A stretch of 64,000 bases of DNA from Octopus bimaculoides (taxonomy: Eukaryota). This document shows, in pieces, positions 54,151-64,000 of this stretch. A model generated the notes under the pieces. The model was not told where the DNA came from, made no database searches, and saw nothing but the letters and a program-made list of their open reading frames with translations. Both the position numbers and the translations under genes were made by a program. Each line of letters opens with the position of its first letter. The stretch's first letter is position 1. The stretch is taken from assembly GCF_001194135.2 (NCBI RefSeq), contig NC_068994.1, positions 2,759,041-2,823,040 on the forward strand, given 5' to 3'.

Positions 54151-54399
54151 TAGTAACCTTCATGTGAGGATGTAAAGAAGGTGCCAGAGAAGCTAAAATG
54201 GTTGATATAATACTTCAAAATCTATGAGCTTAACTAAAAATCACAAAACGTGTTTGTCAGGTGACCTTCCAGTTCTGCTTCTCTGCACCATATTGGTTTC
54301 TCAAAATGTATAATCAAGATTTTTTTTACTTCTATGCCTCACCAAATTTTATATGGTGAACTTTATACTGAAAGAAGGCTCCATGGCTGTCCCCTCTGT

Positions 54400-54725
54400 T
54401 GATACAAGTACTAGCTGAAGCAAAGCCTAAAACTGACTGAAATCAGGGCTTGGGACATTGAAGCTCAGGACAGGCCTGGCTGGCATCATTCTATCTTCAC
54501 TGTGACAGATCATTTTGAAGCAGAACAACAGAGGAAAAAAGAAGAGAAATGACAAGAAAGAAAATGGAGGCTGCAACAACCAAAGCCTCCATGACGGATC
54601 CCTTGTGGACATTGCTATAGACACTTCCAAGCAAGAATCAGTCTCATTAGTCATTAGAAACATAAACATGGACAGAGGGGAAGAAATGGTCAAGAAGAAG
54701 CCAAATAAATTATTGGACACATGAT
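54400..54725 (+). mobile_element. RTE/BovB-like LINE 3' fragment
   Basis: AWDIEAQDRPGWHHSI...HFEAEQQRKKEEK*QERK...IPCGHCYRHFQARISLISH. Confidence 0.75.
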
Positions 54726-55850
54726 AAAATGCTGATGGTAGTCAAGATTATTTCTACTATTATATGAAAGAATTTTAGAACAGATTACTCACACAACAAC
54801 ACACTTTAAGATTAGATCTAGTTTTTTGCATTCACAAAATATGCATTTTTTTAAAAAGAAGTAAAAAATCTGATAATTGGCTATATTAATGTAGCCTTCC
54901 AGTCTCATTGCTTTGAAGGTATGATGTAGTGGAGAAAAAAATTGGAGAAAACAGTTACGGAAGTTTAAAAATAAAAAAAACTAGTTATTTTTAGCCAAAG
55001 GCGAGACAAATTTTCTGCGTTCAGTGGAGTGATGTCAACTTTAAGGTTGTATCCTGTAAAATTTATAATTTAGCATTGGACTTGTTCATTGTAGGTTTCT
55101 AAATAAACAGAATTACTTAATTTCATTGCAGGTTTCTGAAATAAACAGAAAATCTTAAAATCAGCATGCATCATTTTACTGTTCTTTTGTCTCTTTATTT
55201 GTATTTTCTTTATAATTTTTAAAAATTTGTTATATTAATATATTTGCATGTGTTTACTTTATGCGTATTTCAGTATTATGTAGACCTGTCATGTACTTGT
55301 GTACATCATTAATATATAAGTGCATGTGCTTGAGTGTGTGTATGTGTACATGAAAAGTGGGCAGCTGTCTCCAAAACTTCAAAGTTGAGTAACATTTTCA
55401 TGCTTGGATTTGTAAACTACGATAAGAATAACACTGGTCAACAAAGAATTTGTCCCAAGGAAAAGAATACCTGTATTTTATATGCTTTTGCATGCAGAAT
55501 TCAAAAATAATGTCAACTTATCTGTGTCACCCACAGTTTCTCTGTTCCACAATATCCTTCTCAGTTCCTGTTATGTGGGCTAAATTTCAGTTCAGCTGTT
55601 GAAATGTGAAGCTAATGGTTTAAGAAATACTCCTAATTTAAATTTTTATGAATACATTTAACCTAGTGAAATCATAAATCCAGCTAACTGAGTAAATGAG
55701 TCCCCACAAAAAAAAAAAAAAAACGAAATATGTAAAAATACTAGCACACAGAAAAAGCACAGAAAAATACTAATACACAGAAGCACAGAAAAATATGTGA
55801 TATACTAACACACAAAAATTAAAACAAAACAGCAATACAGACAACAGGGA

Positions 55851-55914
55851 ACCGCAACACAGCTTGCGGTTGTCATGGTAACAAACTGCTAATGCCACGC
55901 TGTCTGTTGATTGG
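55851..55914. promoter_or_regulatory. Promoter-like module: inverted ACCGCAA/TTGCGGT pair, RFX X-box (55869-55882), inverted CCAAT (55910-55914), in CpG-retaining DNA
   Basis: GTTGTC-AT-GGTAAC fits the GTHNYY-AT-RRNAAC X-box consensus exactly; CpGs frequent over 55850-56400 in an otherwise CpG-poor window. Confidence 0.55.
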
Positions 55915-56649
55915 ATAAAATTACCCAAATTTCCCAACTTTAATTCCAAATGACATCAGATTCTTTAATTTACAAGATAAAGTAATTGGTTGATCGTAAT
56001 CAAAATTCCAAGTTGCATCGATGCACCAAAATTGAAAGCAATCTGAGCAAAATTAAGGAGTGGCTCATTTTGCGAATGAGAAAGACTAGATCTCCAAAAT
56101 TTAAGAAAAATTAGTATTCCATTAAAAATTTCCCGTCGTTATTTTTTAGAAACAATAAAATAAAATTATATTCATACGTTTATAATTTTTAAATATTTCA
56201 GCATTCAGAAATAGATACGTTGTAAGGGGAACAACTCAGATATTTCAATGATTACATTTACAGGTAACGACTATGCATAAATATCAAGATGACTTATCTG
56301 TTGCGAAATAATATGTGCGCGCGCGCGTGTGTGCGTGCATGCGAGCGCGAGAGTTGGCTGTTAATTCAATCGAACATAAAGAAATCAAAAAAGTAGTGAA
56401 AAAAGCAATTAATAATTTTTGAAATATTTTCACCAAACCTGATAGTATGAAAGGTAGCAAAGCATGATAAAAGATAATAAGAGTAGAAATTAATATTATT
56501 TTTAGCATACAAGGGATCCACTTAGTGGTCTCTCCTCTTGTTTATGTCTAAATGTAATTCATGATAAAAGATATCAGTAACAAATTCTTATAACAATTCA
56601 TAATACAACTATAAAGTGCAATGTAACTTTTTATCCACATAAAAAAATG

Positions 56650-56686
<37 letters not shown>

Positions 56687-56900
56687 NNNNNNNNNNNNNN
56701 NNNNNNNNNNNNNNNNNNNNNNNNNNNNNNNNNNNNNNNNNNNNNNNNNNNNNNNNNNNNNNNNNNNNNNNNNNNNNNNNNNNNNNNNNNNNNNNNNNNN
56801 NNNNNNNNNNNNNNNNNNNNNNNNNNNNNNNNNNNNNNNNNNNNNNNNNNNNNNNNNNNNNNNNNNNNNNNNNNNNNNNNNNNNNNNNNNNNNNNNNNNN
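56687..56900. other. Assembly gap (214 N) that probably hides ~2.2 kb of protocadherin 2 coding sequence
   Basis: Sequence resumes mid-ORF in the cytoplasmic part of a protocadherin exon. Confidence 0.8.
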
Positions 56901-57119
56901 CCAAAATTTCTCTCAAGGACTGAGATGAGACAAATCCTGTATCAGACTAACAATCCTGTTGCAATAACTAGAAATGCAGAAGAGATATTTAACCGAAATC
57001 TTCAATCAATAAATCCAAAAAGTCCTTATTATACAGAGACAGAACAACCAATAAATGAATGGAAATTCTCAACAACACCCAGGAGGCTACCACCAGTTCC
57101 TCAGATATGTAAAATATAA
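56901..57119 (+). CDS. PCDH: Protocadherin 2 of window, 3' end of large exon (partial); donor position reads AT, ORF runs on to TAA
   Basis: SRTEMRQILYQTNNPVAITR aligns with SRSEMRNLIYQTNNRVSMTR of gene 1; ends VPQ|ATATGT at 57104/57105 where gene 1 has SSQ|GTAAGT. Confidence 0.8.
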   Translation, partial: PKFLSRTEMRQILYQTNNPVAITRNAEEIFNRNLQSINPKSPYYTETEQPINEWKFSTTPRRLPPVPQICKI

Positions 57120-57431
57120 TCTATTAACATCTATGAATATGTTCATAATTTCATATATAAATATCATTTCTACAGAAGAAATGGAATGAATATGTCATTA
57201 TGTATTATGAGGAAATTAAATTAATTCTGAAGCTTTCAACATGGTTATAATTGTCATAAATAGATTTTTGGGTTTCGTTATTGGGATAGATTGCATAAAG
57301 AACATCAGAATTTAGCAGTAAGTGAATAACCAGAGTAAAATTCCTTATGCAATTCTTATTATATATCATAGAAAAATAATAGAAACCATTTAGAATAAAA
57401 TGTAAAAAGCATTTGCAAGTATTTGAAAATA

Positions 57432-58433
57432 TATGAGTGTCGGCTGAAAAGTTCATCGGCTGACCAAGATACTCTCATGGAATGTAATCTCAACATAGTC
57501 CCCGTTGCAATTCACACAAGTCTTCCATCGGTGTTGCAGGATCCTATTTGAGAATAGGGAGGGTGAAAAACTTCTTCAAATTCACAGTCATGCATAGCAG
57601 CCATTGAAACCAAGAAGTTATGTACTAGAGCATTGTCCTGATGAAACAAGATCCCTTTATTCAGTTTTCTTGGGCATTTAGTTTTTATAGCCTTTCATAA
57701 ATGCTTCAGAAAGTTGGTATAGTTCTCTCCATTGATGGTGTGGCCCCTTTGAAGATAATCAATAAACACAGTGCCTTTTGTATCCCTTCCCTGCTGATAA
57801 AATGACCTTGTCCCTCTTTGGAGCAAATAAGGAGGGGCGTTTCCACTGCATGGATTGTCTCTTTGTTGCTGTGTCATAGTGATGAAGCCAGTACTCATCC
57901 TAGTTAAGACATACTCAAGGAAACCAACTGGATCTGCCTGAAACAATGTCAGATTTTCCCATGATGTGATCAGCCTGGTGGGCTTTTGATCACATGTCAG
58001 AAGACATGGCACTTGCTAAGCAGAAACCTTCATCATATCAAGTTCATTGAGCAGAATATTTTCAACTCGCTCACAGGATATGCTAATAACATTGGTTATT
58101 TGATTTATAGTCAATTGCTGGTCATCCATCAACTTGTGTTGAATACAGTCAATGTCTTCCTTGGTGGTAACAGTTGCAGGACATCCAGATCTTGGGTCAT
58201 CTTCAAGACTCTCCATTCCCCTCCTAAATTCAGCTGTCCATTTTCAAGAGAAGTCGTTACTAGTTACTTTTGAAGTTTTCTTTGAAATATCAGATGTCAG
58301 TTTACCTAGAAAGAAATCATGCTGAAATAAATAAATTATTAATTTCTGCATAGTTGAAATTAATGCATGCAAGATTTCACAGCACTGGCATCACTCCTTC
58401 ATAGTCAGCCTATGAACTTTTCATCCCCCCCCC
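57432..58433 (-). mobile_element. Mariner transposon, internally deleted and frameshifted
   Basis: TIRs GCTGAAAAGTTCATCGGCTGAC / GTCAGCCTATGAACTTTTCATC; SLEDDPRSGCP, ERVENIL.NEL.M.KVSA, TVFIDYLQRGHTINGENY. Confidence 0.88.
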
Positions 58434-59319
58434 CACACACACACACTTGTAGCTCTAAGAACATATTGTTGTTTTGTTAGCATGGGGATTTAGGTTCTGA
58501 GAGTTTTCAGTAAATGGGTGTTTGCGAGTGAGGCAATAAGCCAACCAATAAATCTGTTCTTAGAATAAATATAATTCAGGATACTAATCACTGAATGCAA
58601 TATGAAATTCCATATAAAAGGGAAACATTTTATTCTGAGTTGTTCAATTATAGTCCAACTTGCTGAAGATATTTTGTCCTATGTCTGCATGTTGTATTTA
58701 TATATTTCATTTTGTATTTATTTACCTTGTCAGCAATATGAAACAGAAATCCTGTCAATAATAGTTAGTTATAGCAACTCTTGTCTCTCAAGAGAGAGAG
58801 CACACTTTCTTAGTTAATACTATGAATGCAATGCTTAAAGAAGTCAGAAATCAGATGGATAGTGGGTTCCATTCAATACAGATATCTATTAGAAGAGAGC
58901 ACTTTCTTACAATTTCATCACATGAAAATACTAAGAGGAATCAAGATGTAATCTATACACAGTGTAAGAAAAGATTGTAACTTTAAATATTTGAGGCATC
59001 AAGTTTTATTCTCTCAAATGGTTTAACCTTTGTGCAACATACCTACATTACTGTGGCTCCTGGCTTGATATTCAGTTAATATGAATAACCCATACAAACT
59101 TTCTCTTCTTAAGTCTCATGATAAATAATTTTTCATTACATAGACTACTTTTTTGAAATACTTTCCTCCTTTCAATCATATCAAACCCCACATTAACCTC
59201 ACTCATATTATTTACATCTTTTTCTAACTATCTAATATGTTAAAAGTTTCACAGAATGTTAACAGTTCTTCCTACTCTTCCTACTTGAACATAGTTATTA
59301 TTATTGATTGTTATTTGAA

Positions 59320-61750
59320 GTTGATGATTGGCAGAATTGTTAGAGCTTCAAACCAAATGCTTTGCAGTATTTGTTTCAGTTCTTTACATTCTGAGTTCAT
59401 ATTCTGACATGGTGCACTCTGCTGTTGGATTCAATAGAATAAAGTACTAGTAAGTCTTGGGGTTGATGCAATTGACTAACCCCCTTCTTTCAAAATTGAA
59501 GGCCTTGTACCTAAATCATAACTCATTATTATTATTTGAGGGCAGAGAATTGGTAGAATCATTAGAGCATTGGACAAAGTGTTTTGTGGTATTTAGTTAC
59601 AGCACATCATATTCTGATTTCAAATTCCACTGAGATCAGCTTTGCCCTTCATCCTTTTGGAATTGATAAAATAAAGTACCAATCAAGTAATGATGTTGAA
59701 GGTATTGATGAAAATCCTCCCTTGAAACCTGTGTCCATGTACCTAAATAAGAAGCCATTATGATTATTATTATTATTATTATTATTATTATCATTATTAT
59801 TACTATTATTATTTAGGACAGAAGTGAGTTGATTACATTGACCCATGTGCCCAAAGTTGACCTTAACTGAGTTTAAATTCTGTTCAGGTCAACTTAGCCT
59901 TTCATCCTTTCAGTGTTAATGAAATAAGTACCACTTGAGCCCTTAGATTAATGTAATCAACTAATCTCCTCCCACAGAATTCCAGACCCTGTACCAATAG
60001 TAGAAAGGATTGTTGTTGTTGTTGTTGTCAAGGTGATGTGCCAGCAGAATTGTCAGCACACTGGACAAAGTGCTTAGCAGCATTGCTCCCCTCCAAATTA
60101 CTGGCCTTGCACCAAAATTTGCAATCATTATCATTGTTATTATTTTTTTCCTTGTGTGCACTCCTGTCGGGATTACATTTTGTAGATTTTTTTCCCAAAG
60201 ATAAATGGTTGTTCTCTTTCTGTGTCTATCACAAGAAATTACAAATGGAGATTAGAAAGTTATTTTCAATATTTCTCTGTCTTATTAGGGTAAAAAAATT
60301 ACATTTTTGGTGGATACTTTCAGTTCGTTTTATGCTTTTTTGTGCATGTATTTTTTATTTAACCACATATAAAAATAGTTCTTTACATTATGATAGTAGG
60401 AGAAGTACACACACACACACACACATGCCCATGTACACACTCATAGAGGCTTTGTTACATGAAAGTAATGATAGAAATTGAAATAAAAGAGCTTCATTTT
60501 CAAACAAAATTTGCATCACCCCAGTACTTGAGTGGTACTTTATTGATCCCAGTGGGATGACTAGCAAAGTTGACCATGACAGAATTTGAACTCAGAAAGT
60601 AAAATGCTGGAATAAGTATTGTAAGGCACTTTTTTTTACAGTGCTCTAGTGTTTCTGCCTGTCCACTACATAATTCAGATTAGCAAGTCCAGCAATTTTA
60701 TCAATTTTGGAAAGAAAAACGCAGAGTTGATCTTGTAATTTGAACTCAGAACTTTAAGAGCCAGATCAAATATTGCAGGGCACTTTTTACTGTACATTAA
60801 TGATTCAGCTACGCTGCCACCTTAATTGTTTATAACATACACACAAAATTTAGGAAGTGATCTTAGTTAACTATTTTAAAGCTTGACTAGTAGTTTATCT
60901 ATGGATTCCACAATAATGAAAGGTAGTTGACCTTAGAAGAATTTGAACTGAATATGTAAAGGGTTGGAAGGTATTTTGTTTAATGTTCAAAGGATTCTGC
61001 TTGGCACAAGGCCAGCAATTTCAGGGGAAGGATTAAGTCGATTATATTGACCCCAATGCTCAACTGGTACTTATTTTATTGATCTTAAAAAGATGAAAGG
61101 CAACGACAACCTCAGTGGTATTTGAACTCAGAACATAAAGATGGATGAAATGCTGCTAAGCATTTTGCCCAGTATGCTAATGATTCTGCCAGCTCACCAT
61201 AATAATAATAATAATAATGATAATAATAATGCTTTCTAATTGATGTATCAATACCAGCAGATGACAACGTTTCCCTAAAAGAAATGGAAAAACTTTCAAA
61301 ATACAAAGACCTGGAAATAGAGGTAACTCGAATGTGGAATCTGAAAACAGAAACAATTCCTATCATAGTAGGTGCCTTAGGTATAATAAAAAAATATTCA
61401 GACAAATACATAACAAAAACATCAGGANNNNNNNNNNAAACCACAGCACATACCCAAGGCACACAGAGCTGTGCTCAGTAGTGAAGTGAAAGCACGTTAT
61501 AAAAATAAAACTACTGAACAATAATAATAATAATGCTTTCTACTGGAGGCACAAGGCCTCAAATTTGGTGGGAGGGAACTAGTCGATTACATCAATCCCA
61601 GTATTTCACTGGTACTTAATTTATCGACTCCGAAAGGATGAAAAGCAAAGTTGACCTCGGTGGAATTTGAACACTGAACCTAGCAGCAGACAAAATACCA
61701 TTAAGCATTTCACCTGGCATGCTAATGATTCTGCCAGCTCACCACCTTAA
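59320..61750. mobile_element. Dense pile-up of about nine tRNA-SINE copies: plus-strand block 59320-60110, minus-strand block 60500-61750
   Basis: Repeated GGCAGAAT..TTAG, TTCTGA.TTCAAATTC, CTTTCATCCTTT, AAGTACC motifs and their reverse complements. Confidence 0.75.
61239..61523 (+). mobile_element. Very short 5'-truncated R4/Dong copy (RLE C-terminus) with 19-bp TSD
   Basis: IDVSIPADDNVSLKEMEKLSKYKDLEIEVTRMW...PIIVGALG; flanks ATAATAATAATGCTTTCTA at 61220-61238 and 61524-61542. Confidence 0.85.
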
Positions 61751-62169
61751 TAATGATAATAATAATAATGATAATTTTCCTTTCTATTATTTCATGTAAC
61801 TTTAGTAACTGAGGTTAGATGTAATATAATTGACCCAATATTTTCTGGAAATATACCTAATTGTATCATTTAGTTCATGCTACTTTGATTATAAAGCAAG
61901 TAAAATAGCTACACTGCTGCCATTAACAGCCTTTTGATATTTTCTTTTAAAAAGTGATAATTTATAAATGTTAGTTCAATCTCAATTATAACTTATAATT
62001 TTAACTATAATTCTAACTTTTAACTTTTAATTCCTTATAACTATCAGTTATAAGGAATTAAAGCAAGATTATTTTTCCCCCTTTTTATCAGAAATTAGAT
62101 TTTTTAACTGTATGTAACAATGGAGATAACATGTGCAAAGTAAGTTTCCCATTTATCTTTTTCTGAAAG

Positions 62170-62320
62170 AATTACAATAAAGATGTAACAGAGAGTTCAG
62201 GTGAACAAAAATGTTATAATGGTACATCAAACAACTTAAATACAACTCTAACTTCTCATAAAGAATGAAATCGAGGATGGAGCGAAGGAGATATTACTCA
62301 ACAGACATCTGGAGTATCAG
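62170..62320 (+). pseudogene. Decayed exon-2 homologue of protocadherin 2 (in-frame TGA at 62266-62268, two compensating frameshifts)
   Basis: NYNKDVTESSGE / NVIMV / NNLNTTLTSHKE*NRGWSEGD aligns with MYSQPVTVTSGGE / NIVMV / NYLSDTMSTKRDSGHNWNEGE; AAG acceptor (phase 0) and G|GTAATT donor (phase 1) match gene 1 phases. Confidence 0.8.
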
Positions 62321-62977
62321 GTAATTACAAAATAAATCAGAAACTTCAAATTATTATCAGAAGTTTTTAATTACCTAAAATAAATGTAAAGGAAAAAAAT
62401 TATTACTTAATTTTCTTTTAAATATATTAGTTCATAAACTATCATTTCCATAGAAAAAAAATTGTTACTTAATTTTTTAAAATATATTAGTGCATGAACT
62501 ATCATTTCCACAGGAAAAAAAATCATAACAAAATATGAAATATTTTCAGTTCAGAAATCAACAATATATTTCAAAGCTAGTTGAAGTTGTGTTTATATAT
62601 ATATTTTCAGAGTATAGTAACTATCACCAAACATACCTCCAACAGCAAAGAGTGAATATGAACAAGAAACCTATCTAGCACCAGTTTAACATACATCATG
62701 TTTACTTTCCTTTAATTACAGAACCACTTAGGAAAATAATTTAATATAATTTAATGATGACATATTAAACACTACTTTAAATGTATTGAGGTTTTTTTGT
62801 TTTGAGTTTTTTTTTAAAAGATTTCTATAAAGAAAAATCCTTTTAATTGTAATGAAAATCATAAAACTATTGATAGTTTTACTGAAGCTTTTTGTTATAA
62901 TCAAAAACAACAAATATCTATATAGTTGTTACACTGATAAATATTTAACAATACAATTTATATTTTGTAAAATAAAA

Positions 62978-62980
<3 letters not shown>

Positions 62981-63021
<41 letters not shown>

Positions 63022-63098
63022 TCTCTCCTCTCCTCTCTCTCTCTCTCTTCTCTCTCTCTTCTCTCCTCTCCTCTCCTCTCCTCTCTCTCTCTCTCTCT
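62981..63098. repeat. (CT)n/(CTCTC)n pyrimidine microsatellite
   Basis: Direct reading. Confidence 0.9.
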
Positions 63099-63231
63099 CA
63101 AATTCAATTAATAGGAGCCAAATTAACATCATCACATTTGTCCTTTGTCATTTCCTTCATGGCAGTCAACTCCCTAAGATCTGCTTCCTCCCACTATTTT
63201 CCATTATTTCTTTGGTCTTTTCCTCTTACAG

Positions 63232-63308
63232 GTTCCTTCCACTTGGACCGTCTGAGGCCTCTTTACACATCTATATTTGACAAAATGCTTGTTCAGCTTT
63301 TCATGTAG
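63232..63308 (+). other. Candidate terminal exon 3 of protocadherin 2: (G)SFHLDRLRPLYTSIFDKMLVQLFM*
   Basis: Long pyrimidine tract ending CTTACAG|G, phase 1 compatible; no clear homology to gene 1 exon 3. Confidence 0.3.
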
Positions 63309-63501
63309 TGAAAAATTGTAATAAAAGGATTTGAAATAGAAGCCATACAAAATGCATTAATAAAGTAAAATTTTAGTAGCAAATTTATAGATGTATATTA
63401 GAGAATTTACTGGATGATAAACAACCACATCATTTTATTTTATACACTTTAATGGCAAAATAGACATTACTATCAACAATAGATATATTATCATGTAAGA
63501 A

Positions 63502-63548
63502 GTTCACATACATGTAATGTATGTGAACATGTTCACATACATTACATG
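63502..63548. repeat. Perfect 38-bp palindrome (63511-63548) overlapping a 12-bp stem (63502-63528)
   Basis: CATGTAATGTATGTGAACA|TGTTCACATACATTACATG; three alternating copies of GTTCACATACAT. Confidence 0.9.
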
Positions 63549-63841
63549 AACAAAGGCATTCTGAAATACAACTAATCTTGATATACAAAAAACATTTTCA
63601 TAAATTTCCTCAGAACAAAAAGAATTATAATATGATTTTAAAATCATTATATAATTTTGGAAAATTTATATAATTTTGGAAAATTTTATATAAAATTACA
63701 ATTAAAAAATACAATTTGAGTCATAAATTCAAAAAATTGAATTGATAAATTAAATTTATATATGTTTATTATGATGTAATTATTTTGTTTCATAACATTA
63801 AATGTTTAAAAGAATTTGGTGACAGATTTGTTATTCTAAAC

Positions 63842-63911
<70 letters not shown>

Positions 63912-64000
63912 GTACACATATACAGAGAGAAACAGATTATTAAGATAATTAAGTATAATGAATAGATATATTAAGTTCCATAAACAACCAAAAGGCACTG

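Noticed and set aside
54515-54724. Basic ORF (KQNNRGKKKRNDKK) resembling a protocadherin juxtamembrane tail
   Set aside because: Another frame gives clear RTE/BovB C-terminal motifs (AQDRPGW, CGHCYRHFQARISLISH).
55893-55906. TGCCACGCTGTCTG as a CTCF/CSE-like site
   Set aside because: Needs an indel to fit the CTCF core; too weak to call.
62140-62169. GTAAGT...AG just before the exon-2 relic as a mini-intron
   Set aside because: 30 nt is too short for a spliceosomal intron, and the sequence resembles gene 1's acceptor region.

Overview
AT-rich, microsatellite-laden animal genomic DNA from a gapped short-read assembly. The repeat families and gene content fit an octopus (Octopus sp.) protocadherin locus; the species is inferred from recognised repeat types, not from a search. 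One apparently intact protocadherin lies on the + strand. It has a large coding exon (37753-40128: signal peptide, 6 cadherin repeats, TM helix, start of the tail), a second exon (43471-43627) and a probable terminal exon (45793-45839), giving about 859 aa. A second tandem paralogue is mostly hidden in an undersized gap (56687-56900). Only the end of its big exon (56901-57119) and a decayed exon-2 homologue (62170-62320) are visible. Its splice donor reads AT instead of GT, and its exon 2 carries a TGA plus compensating frameshifts, so it is either a tail-less receptor or a pseudogene. The rest is transposon debris: a hAT/Buster element with a nested solo LTR and a nested MULE-like insert, mariner, Gypsy, Penelope-like, RTE, R4/Dong and CR1 fragments, and many tRNA-derived SINEs. 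Other notable items are a tRNA-Leu(TAA) pseudogene fused to mariner and CR1 pieces, several long fold-back repeats (one a perfect 308-bp palindrome) and an X-box/CCAAT promoter-like module upstream of the second protocadherin. Most short ORFs in the supplied track are microsatellite or TE noise. No prokaryotic-type system (CRISPR, operon) is present.
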